Positions 54,786-64,000 of a DNA stretch of 64,000 bases are shown here, piece by piece. The notes below the pieces were generated by a model. The model had not been told where the DNA came from. It did no database searches and worked only from the letters and a program-made list of their open reading frames with translations. Within the stretch, counting starts at the first letter, position 1. Each line of letters starts with the position of its first letter. Position numbers and translations under genes: made by a program. Source of the stretch: Macrostomum hystrix (lineage: Eukaryota > Animalia > Platyhelminthes); contig CATNEN010000029.1 of NCBI GenBank assembly GCA_950097015.1, positions 620,001 to 684,000 on the forward strand. Reading direction: 5' to 3'.

Positions 54786-57700
54786 ATGCAACAGAAGCAG
54801 GAGAGCCGAGTTCCAGTATGCGGTGTCAATGACGCCGGTCGCGCTGGGTTTAAGAAATATCTGCGCTATCGCTATCTGTCGTCTGCCGGCGCGCAAGATT
54901 CGACAGAAGTCGACGTAATCGACGCTTCGCGACGCCATTCGTCGTCGTCAGCCTCTCCTCCGGTGTCGCCGTCGACCTGTTTCAGCTCGGCTGGCAGTCA
55001 CAGTGCGCCGACTACGCCGATCCAGTTGCTGTTGTTGCAGCGGCCGGGACCTGTACTGCAGTTGGTCTGCCTGCAGCAATGCAACGCATTGGTGGGTGCC
55101 CCTACCTTGTTTACTCTATTATTGGCTTTTGCAAGTATTGTCTTGTCAATGATTGTCACTCTCATTCACAGTTGATGCCTATTTGTCCAGTACATGATGC
55201 ACTCTCAATTGTCTCAATTGTATTGATGGAATTCCTAGACTGTTTTTGAAAATTGTGGATTTATAAGGATTGTGGATTTATAAAGATTGTGGATTAATAA
55301 CAAAGTTTTGTAGATTAATAAAAAATTGGGGATTTATAACAATTTTGGTTTTATAAAAATTCTGGATTTATAGAGATTTTGCATTTATAAGGATTGTAGA
55401 TTTATTTATATTGTGGGTTTATTAATATTGTGGGTTTATTAATATTGTGGGTTTATTAATATTGTGGATTTATTAATATTGTGGGTTTATTAATATTGTG
55501 GATTTATTAATATTGTGGGTTTATTAATATTGTGGGTTTATTAATATTGTGGATTTATTAATATTGTGGGTTTATTAATATTGTAGATTTATTAATATTG
55601 TAGATTTATTAATATTGTGGGTTTATTAATATTGTGGGTTTATTAATATTGTGGGTTTATTAATATTGTGGATTTATTAATATTGTGGGTTTATTAATAT
55701 TGTGGGTTTATTAATATTGTGGGTTTATTAATATTGTAGATTTATTAATATTGTAGATTTATTAATATTCTGGATTTATTAATATTCTGGATTTATTAAT
55801 ATTCTGGATTTATTAATATTCTGGATTTATTAATATTGTGGATTTATGAATATTGTGAAGTTTTTAACGTTGTGGGTTTATGAAGATTGTGGGTTTATGA
55901 AGATTGTGGGTTTATGAAGATTGTGGGTTTATAAAGATTGTGGGTTTATGAAGATTGTGGGTTTATGAAGATTGTGGGTTAATGAAGATTGTTGATTTAT
56001 AGACATTGTGAATTTATGACTACTTTGTATTTATGAATATTTTAGATTTTCATAAATCGCATAATTAGGTCTCGCCAAAAATTACATACTAAGGAGCTAA
56101 ATTCCATATGCAAGTCCTTTTAACAGTGAGCTGTGATTTCATTCTTTTAGGAGAACACACCTGTACTATTGACTGACAATGGGCATACTGATGGCGGATC
56201 TCTGTTTGTGTTTCCACCGGAGCAGATCCAAAAGCACTATCAGCAGCAGCAGCAGCGCTCAACAATGGACAGCCAGTACCTCTGCAGCGTCTGCGGCCGG
56301 GCTTTCGCTCGCGGTGACATGCTCAGCCGGCACTCCAGACTGCACAGCGGCAGGCGGCCATACACCTGCCAGATCTGCGGCTTGGCCTTCTCCAGGTGTG
56401 GAACTACTTTGCCTCTGCTTAGCAGTTTATTACCAATGCTTTTCAGAACAATTCATATAGGATAGGCGGTTTAGTAACATTGAGAATTTTGAGTATTCCG
56501 TTGACCCCTAGAAGTTGCGCCAAGAAAAGTTGCAGTTACTTCCGGTAGGTGAAGGCATGTTAAAAATATTTACCTTGCCATCGCACTCTGATCAAAACGC
56601 CCTCTTTGCTTTAATAAGACACTGCTTCTGTTCAGAAGCGCATTTTCCTGTTGCTAAGCGTGTCCCAATATTGATTCTTTCTAGTTAATTTTCAATGCGG
56701 TGCACACAGCTCATGTTGGTGTCTGCATTGTACATTGAAGAGAGTTTTCTAAGCCTTTTGAGCCTAAATGCTCAGCTGGCGCCACTCCCTCATGCGGATA
56801 TATTTGCCAATCTTGTCCTGTGCTCGCTCTATCTTCAAATGTCAACAGGCTAGCTTAGCTCTTGTTTAAGCTGCAGCTGGTAGCTAAGGCCTTAACGCAA
56901 ACCTTTCTACTCTCACCGCTGACACACGCGCTCTATTAGCGGCTAATTTTGCTAAGACTTCTTCTTTCTCAGTTCTCCCTATTTGATTGGCTATTGAATT
57001 GTCAAATTGGTACTCACGTGACACAGCGATTTTTTGTGGCGGATAAAAGAGAGACGACTCAAAGCCGACTCAGGCTTCTCTATGTGCCTCAGTGATCCTG
57101 AATGCTATCAACAATTAGCTACGAACCGTATTATTGCTGTCAATTATTATGAATGTGATCTTCAATTTGAGCAGCGTTCTCTGCTTTCCTTTTAATTGCG
57201 TCCCGGCACAGTGAAACCAGTCTAGAATGTCCATTGGTGCGTGAACAGTTTCGCCTTAAATTGCGAAAATAATCGTGTCTCGGTTCCCTGCTGCCATTGT
57301 GCTTAAATCTCCGCGTGCGCTTTCACTTGATTGGGGTGGAATTGATAAAGCTGAATTGGGTGCGGCAAGTGATATTTATTTTCACTAAATTATCTAACTA
57401 AATTTCACTAAGTTAGGTGTGCAATCACAGTATATTTAGGTGTGCAATCACAGTATAGTTAGGCGTGCAATCCCAGTATAGTTAGGTGTGCAATCCCAGT
57501 ATAGTTAGGTGTGCAATCCCAGTACAGTTAGGTGTGCAATTCTAGTACATGTTAGGTGTGCAATTCTAGTACATGTTAGGTGTGCAATTCTAGTACATGT
57601 TATGTGTGCAATTCTAGTACATGTTAGGTGTGCAGTTCTAGTACATGTTATGTGTGCAATCCCAGTACAGTTAGGTGTGCAATCCCAGTACAGTTAGGTG

Positions 57701-60700
57701 TGCAATTCTAGTATAGTTAGGTGTGCAATCCCAGTATAGTTAGGTGTGCAATCCCAGTATAGTTAGGTGTGCAATCCCAGTATAGTTAGGTGTGCAATCC
57801 CAGTATAGTTAGGTGTTCAATCCTAGTACAGTTTTGTATGCGATCCCAGTACTGTTAGGTGTGCAATCCCAGTATAATTAGGTGTGCAATCCCAGTATAG
57901 TTAGGTGTGCAATCCCAGTATAGTTAGGTGTGCAATCCCAGTACAGTTAGGTGTGCAATCCCAGTACAGTTAGGTGTGCAATCCCAGTATAGTTTGGTGT
58001 GCAATCCCAGTACAGTTAGGTGTGCAATTCTAGTATAAGTTATGTGTGCAATCCCAGTATAGTTATGTGTGCAATCCCAGTACAGTTAGGTGCGCAATCC
58101 CAGTACAGTTAGGTGCGCAATCCCAGTACAGTTAGGTGTGCAATCCCAGTACAGTTAGGTGTACAATCCCAGTACAGTTAGGTGTACAATCCCAGTACAG
58201 TTAGGTGTGCAATCCCAGTACAGTTAGGTGTGCAATCCCAGTACAGTTAGGTGTGCAATCCCAGTACAGTTAGGTGTGCAATCCCAGTACAGTTAGGTGT
58301 ACAATCCCAGTACAGTTAGGTGTGCAATCCCAGTACAGTTAGGTGTGCAATCCCAGTACAGTTAGGTGTGCAATCCCAGTACAGTTAGGTGTGCAATCCC
58401 AGTACAGTTAGGTGTGCAATCCCAGTACAGTTAGGTGTGCAATCCCAGTACAGTTAGGTGTGCAATCCCAGTACAGTTAGGTGTGCAATCCTAGTATAGT
58501 TATGTGTGCAATCCCAGTACAGTTAGGTGTGCAATCCCAGTACAGTTGCTATACTTACATTTACCAACACTACAATTGGAATCTCTGTATTCGTTACTTC
58601 AAGAATACAACAGGGATTTTCTGGCGTCGCAAGCAGGATCTTGATCAACTTCGAGGACGTCTTATCTACAACGACTGTCACTATTGACCGAAGGATCAAG
58701 CTACTACAATCATGCCCGAAACGATGCAAGACGAGGATATAATCAGCCTCCTACGGCAGCAGATGGAAGAAGAGCGCCAACAGCGGAACGCTGACCGGCA
58801 GATGATGCTCGACCTCATTCGGTCTCTAAAGCCTGCAGCGGACCAGTCCCAGGCTGCAGCTTTGCCGACACATGTGACGACGTCGACTCCGAGTTTCTCG
58901 CCATTCGACGCCACGTCCGAGCTCTGGCCCGACTACTTGGCCAGATTCTGCACCTTCACGGGCGCGAACTCCATACCCGACGACAAGAAGGCTCAGGTGT
59001 TCCTGACGAACCAGTCTCCGTCTGTCTACAAGCTTCTCTCAAACTTGGCAGCGCAGCAGACGCCGCGGAAGGAGATCAACACGCTCACTATGGACGAGAT
59101 TGAGAAGTTCATGGAAGAACAGTATGACACCAAGCGCTTCATCGTGCGGGAGCGTTTCCGGTTCTGGAGCGACATGCGGCGGAAACCGGGTGAGACGATC
59201 CAGGAACTGGCTGCGAGAATCCGCCAGGATGCAACCACCTGCGATTTCTCTTCCATCAAAGATCCACTGGACGAGGCGCTGCGCACGCGTTTCATCTGCT
59301 CAGTGAGGAACGAAGCAGTACTCAAAGCTTTGTTCAAATTAAAGGTGGAAGAGCTCACGTTCGCCCGGGCTGTCGAGATCGCCATCGAGACAGAGGAAGC
59401 CGCCCGAGTCGCCAAGGAGACGGTTTACGGCGACAAATCCAGCCCCGTTAACAAGGTTAAGCAGAAGGTTCGGCGACCCGGAGCCACTTCGGCGAAATTT
59501 ACGACAGATTCTACTGCTTCCAGGTCTACTACTGACTCTGCGTCTGGTTCGTGCTACCGCTGCGGAGCGAAGAACCATCGGGCAAACGATTGCCGATTCA
59601 AAGACGCGACCTGCCGGCACTGCAAAAAGGTGGGTCACCTAGAATCTGTCTGCCGTTCCAAGGCCAAAGGATCTGCCCTTGCGGCGAACTTCAAGAAGCC
59701 AGTGAAACAGGTCGAGGAGCATGTGCTTGTACATGCTGTAGCCCGAACCGAGGACGACCTGCCTAAGCTGGAAGTGTCGATCCACATCCAAGGCAAGGCT
59801 CTCGCCATCGAGGTCGACACTGCGACAAACGGCAACTTCATCACAGAGTCATTCTGAAAGAAGCTGGGGACGCCGCCGCTCGAAGTAGCGATGTCACGCT
59901 ACGAGTCCGCCAGCCGACACGACTTACCTGTACTAGGTACCTGCATAGTTAAATGAAAAAACCTACTGTTTGTCATGTCTAGATTTATTAGGCAAGTGTA
60001 CTAATTGTTTACTAAGCGAGCTACTTTACCCTATTTAAATGTATTGTCTATGAAAGCAATCTCAATGCTGTTACCGATTCAATTAAATTTATTGAAGTTG
60101 TCAGTTCAAAGGCAAACGGTTTTTTAAATCGAATTAAATAATAGCAGAGTTTTGCGAGCAAATAAGTTAAGTTGTTGGCACTTTCAGATCTCTAACTAGA
60201 GTCTAGTATTCCTTTGTCTGTATATTATTCTATATTTAGCTATCTATCTTTTTCAGATTGCTTTAGACTCGACAGTTGGTGTGTCTTTGTGTGAAATCTT
60301 TCTTTATTTCGCGTCGAACAGTAATATAGCATTGTGAATTGGAGAGAGAAGAGTTTTAGTGCGCCTGCACCAAATTTGCGAGCCAGTTTTGTGCACTTTG
60401 ACTACCATTTACACTGCTTACGGAATTAAGTATTGTATAATGTATAGCACTATGCTGTATAGCACTAATGCATATGTATATGAATTGGTGTCTGGATTTA
60501 GACTGCAGCACCCGCCCACCCACCCGTCCTTGCCCGCTGGCCTTGATATATTGTAAGACTAAACACAGACACACAGAGTCGCCTGCCTGTCCTCTTTAAA
60601 TAATGCTAGCAAACGGAAATTCTGGTCAAGTTAAATAGTCTGTACTCGTACATCGAATTTTTGGAAATTTCGTCTATTAGCTAATTTTATATTGAATTTA

Positions 60701-63057
60701 TAATTCTACAGCCCACATCGCATCATACCGTATATTATATGTTTCATTTTTTCTACATTCATTAGCAATCTTTATACTCGTAGAAGTAATTTATATTTTT
60801 GAGTGAATGAGGTTGACCAGTCTTGTTCAATATTCAGATTTCAAGTGCAGCTTGTGTTTTCCTTCGCTTTCTTCTGTATCTCTGAAAGTTTAGTCCCTTT
60901 TCTTTGATTACGGAGCCTTCATCAGAACATTCTCTGACTCTAAGTAAATGTCCTGGGAATTCTTAACCCGAATCGAATTAGTTTCAACACATATCGGCTA
61001 GCTCTCACCCAAATACCCCCTTAATCATGGAACTAACTACCTGATTAGACAGTGTTTATAGTTCACAATGCTCTTAGTTACTGTGCGTTTATCAGCAGCT
61101 TTTGTTGTCTTTTAGCAGTCTCTCTGGATTAAATAATGCCTTTCTGCGTACTCGTTTTTGACTAGCTTCCTTTGAAGAGAACAAATACCGATTGAAGTGA
61201 ATACTCTTCTTGTTCTGTGAGTCTTTAATCACTAAAAATCCTTCCCTTGAATATTGTTATCCCAAAATTTCAATTTGCCGTGAGCTACTTGCCGCATCCA
61301 GGGCATTTTCCCCCGTGCTTGACAGCACCTGCTCTGCTGCTCGCATGCCCGCATCTTGGGCTGCTAGCAAAAAGCTAAGAGGCATTCAATTGGCCATAGG
61401 CAAGATACAATAAAACACTAATATTATGAATGCATCTGTGACGCATTACAAATTGATGAAACCAACCGCTGAATGTTGTTAGCATGCCGCAGCGCTGCTG
61501 CTGCTGCTGCTGCTGTTCTCTCATCACCTATCCATTCAGTTGCCATGCCTTTTCACTAGAACAATTAAAGGGCGTTTCGAACCTTTTTTATAAAAGGTAA
61601 AAATTGATTAGATTAAATAGATAGAAATGACACCTTTTTGGGCAAGATGTACAGCCAGTGGCTCAGCCGCAGCTATTGCGCGGCACTTCCAAAGGCTGTG
61701 TACGGCTGTTCAGTCCATGGACTGGGGAGGGGCATACCCACCCGAATTTCTACCGTAGCTGATGCAGCTGGGTGAACTAAACTGGTGCCGCTCTGCCACT
61801 GACACCCTTAAACAAGACACTGCTTGGTTCTTGCCTAGTTTGTTGTATTTTTGCTAGTAATAGAGTAGAGATACATATCGGTTAGTTTTTGTCCAACCGC
61901 CAGTTATGCCCTAGGTCTGGCAATGATGTTGAAACTGCCATGCTAGAATAAAAGCATAGCAGTTTTCCCCATAGGACACAATGGAGTCAAATTGGGATCT
62001 ACTCATTGAAGCGATAAAATCTTAGCAGACAGAAATTAATTGACAAGGATAAACTCTGCAGTCAGCGATGAGATTGCTGATTTCTGACTGGCTTTGTCGA
62101 TTTCTCTTAGCTTAATTGTGTACTAACATTGCGCGATTCCATTTTTTACCGAGATGCCTGCATTGTTGTTCAGTTTTATTTTCTTCCACCCCAAAATCTG
62201 ATGAAAATGTCAAATCTGCTGCTCAATTCATTGTTTATTATCTGTTTGACCAAGTACCCTCATTTTTTTAGCTTTTTCTCCTAACATTCTGTGTCTTGTT
62301 CCAACAAAGTTCCTATGTCCAAATTTTTTGCGGCCTCCTAAATACCCTTAGTTACCCGATTCCATCGCCTAAATCCTCACTAAGATTCCCAATCCCATCT
62401 CCAAAATCCTCACCAAGATCCTAATCCCATCTCCTAAATCCTCACCAAGATTCCCAATCCCATTTCCTAAATCCTCACCAAGATCCTAATCCCATTTCCT
62501 AAATTCTCACTAAGATTCCTAATCCCATTTCCTAAATCCTCACCAAGATCCTAATCCCATTTCCTAAATTATTACTAAGATTCCTAATCCCATTTCCTAA
62601 ATCCTCACCAAGATCCTAATCCGATTTCCTAAATCCTCACCAAGATCCTAATCCCATCTCCAAAATCCTCACCAAGATTCCCAATCCCATTTCCTAAATC
62701 CTCACCAAGATCCTAATCCCATTTCCTAAATCCTCACCAAGATTCCTAATCCCATCTCCTAAATCCTCACCAAGATCCCAAATCCTATTTTCTACCTCCA
62801 CACTGACGTTCCCCGCTCCTTCTAAATCCCCAATTACATTCCCATCTCCCCGCAGGTCGGACCACCTGACTACGCACCATCGCACGCACACAGGCGTGAA
62901 GCCGTACTCATGTCCACACTGCAGCTACTCCGCCTGTCGCAAGGACATGATTAATCGGCACATGAAGGTGCACGCTGACACCTCTGCATCAGCGGCACCT
63001 ACTATTAGTAGCAGCTCCGGTACAGGCACCGCCAGCCTTTCGGTTGCCTCTTCATGA
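54786..63057 (+). CDS. klu: Klumpfuss-like (EGR/WT1-related) C2H2 zinc-finger transcription factor, 3 exons (54786-55091, 56151-56395, 62856-63057), about 250 aa
   Basis: Spliced fingers: CSVCGRAFARGDMLSRHSRLH-SGRRPY-TCQICGLAFSR|SDHLTTHHRTH-TGVKPY-SCPHCSYSACRKDMINRHMKVH. These match my recollection of Klu fingers (RSDML, FSRSDHL, YAACRRDMI). The phases match (0 and 2). An alternative in-frame acceptor exists at 56226. Confidence 0.82.
55420..56000. repeat. AT-rich 17-18-bp minisatellite in klu intron 1
   Basis: TTTATTAATATTGTGGG units grading into TTTATGAAGATTGTGGG. Confidence 0.9.
57410..58547. repeat. 23-bp minisatellite, about 49 copies, in klu intron 2
   Basis: Unit GTTAGGTGTGCAATCCCAGTACA. 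Confidence 0.93.
58548..59953 (+). mobile_element. Truncated Gypsy (Mag-like) LTR retrotransposon: LTR remnant, PBS, gag and broken protease
   Basis: LTR-like end AATACAACA at 58612 and PBS TGGCGTCGCAAGCAGGAT at 58622-58639. There is no RT or integrase downstream. Confidence 0.85.
58712..59857 (+). CDS. Gag with two CCHC zinc knuckles, running into an aspartic protease interrupted by a stop
   Basis: WPDYLARF...RERFRFW..RRKPGETIQELAARIRQ.A..CDF; CYRCGAKNHRANDC; CRHCKKVGHLESVC; EVDTATN. The TGA after ESF is followed in frame by KKLGTPPL, so it is probably a TGG-to-TGA change. Confidence 0.85.
   Translation: MPETMQDEDIISLLRQQMEEERQQRNADRQMMLDLIRSLKPAADQSQAAALPTHVTTSTPSFSPFDATSELWPDYLARFCTFTGANSIPDDKKAQVFLTNQSPSVYKLLSNLAAQQTPRKEINTLTMDEIEKFMEEQYDTKRFIVRERFRFWSDMRRKPGETIQELAARIRQDATTCDFSSIKDPLDEALRTRFICSVRNEAVLKALFKLKVEELTFARAVEIAIETEEAARVAKETVYGDKSSPVNKVKQKVRRPGATSAKFTTDSTASRSTTDSASGSCYRCGAKNHRANDCRFKDATCRHCKKVGHLESVCRSKAKGSALAANFKKPVKQVEEHVLVHAVARTEDDLPKLEVSIHIQGKALAIEVDTATNGNFITESF
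62360..62790. repeat. Pyrimidine-rich minisatellite, unit about 31 bp, before the klu exon 3 acceptor
   Basis: Unit CCTAAATCCTCACCAAGATCCTAATCCCATTT, with variants. Confidence 0.88.
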
Positions 63058-63155
63058 AGCATCAAAGCATCAATGCGGGTTGCACTCCACAGCTGCGCGA
63101 TTTTGCACATCTGCATTAGTTAACTACTTATCATTCTAAATCAAAACTGTTAGTG

Positions 63156-63712
63156 GCCAGTCTAATGACTCAAGGAATGATCGGGAAATGACCAGTTTAA
63201 TGACTCTGGATTAACTGAGAAATGACCAGTCTAATGACTCGGGAGTGATCAGGAAATGACAAGTCTAATGACTCGAGGAGTGATCGGGAAATTACCTGTC
63301 TAATGACTCGGGAGTAACTGGGTAATGACCAGTCTAATGACTCGGGAGTAACTGGGTAATGACCAGTCTAATGACTCGGGAGTAACTGGGAAATGACCAG
63401 TCTAATGACTCAGGAGTGATCGGGAAATTACCTGTCTAATGACTCGGGAGTAACTGGGAAATGGCCAGTCTAATGACTCTGGAGTAACTGGGAAATGACC
63501 AGTCTAATGACTCAGGAGTGATCGGGAAATTACCTGTCTAATGACTCGGGAGTAACTGGGAAATGGCCAGTCTAATGACTCGGGAGTAACTGGGTAATGA
63601 CCAGTCTAATGACTCGGGAGTAACTGGGTAATGACCAGTCTAATGACTCGGGAGTAACTGGGAAATGGCCAGTCTAATGACTCAGGAGTAACTGGGAAAT
63701 GACCAGTCTAAG
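63156..63712. repeat. 34-bp minisatellite downstream of the klu stop codon
   Basis: Unit GACCAGTCTAATGACTCGGGAGTAACTGGGAAAT. Confidence 0.9.
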
Positions 63713-64000
63713 GATTCGTGAAATTCGAATTACATGTTGATTTTCGCCTACTTCTTTGAATCGTTTTTTTTAGTAAACCATGGGCTTCGGCCTCTTTAAG
63801 CAAAATGTGTTCATTAATGTAAAAGAAAATCTAAGCATTGATATGTTCATACTTTTAAGATTTTTTCTTTTATTCTCCCAATGGATATTTTTGTTGAACC
63901 TGTTTTATTTTTGTTGTATATTGGCTTCATTCTGCGCCCTTGATCATTACCTAAACTTGCCTGCCTTGTGCTTATGGAATGATGGCAATTGATTGACATC

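Overview
Eukaryotic, intron-rich, repeat-dense animal DNA. GC-rich exons and minisatellite-filled introns suggest a free-living flatworm such as Macrostomum (inference only). Four protein-coding genes were assembled by hand from splice signals and intron phases. (1) A large minus-strand neurexin-like surface protein, >=15 exons in 2722-20837 and >=2400 aa: signal peptide, 3 ConA/LamG3-like domains, 6 LamG, 8 EGF and a TM helix. It has a second candidate signal-peptide first exon and three +1 frame breaks near its 3' end. (2) A 3-exon SLC16/MCT-like MFS transporter with a polyQ/polyG N-terminus. (3) An intronless alpha-arrestin convergent with it. (4) A 3-exon klumpfuss-like C2H2 zinc-finger gene. 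Mobile DNA: the 3' end of a Gypsy LTR retrotransposon, a truncated Mag-type Gypsy gag-protease, a full-length decayed mariner, a pogo-like remnant, an RTE-like LINE fragment, a hAT-type MITE, tRNA-derived SINEs and about 20 tandem arrays. The most striking observation is a small intact C3HC4 RING-finger ORF with a strong Kozak context inside the first Gypsy element, between integrase and the polypurine tract. All calls come from reading the sequence; no searches were run.
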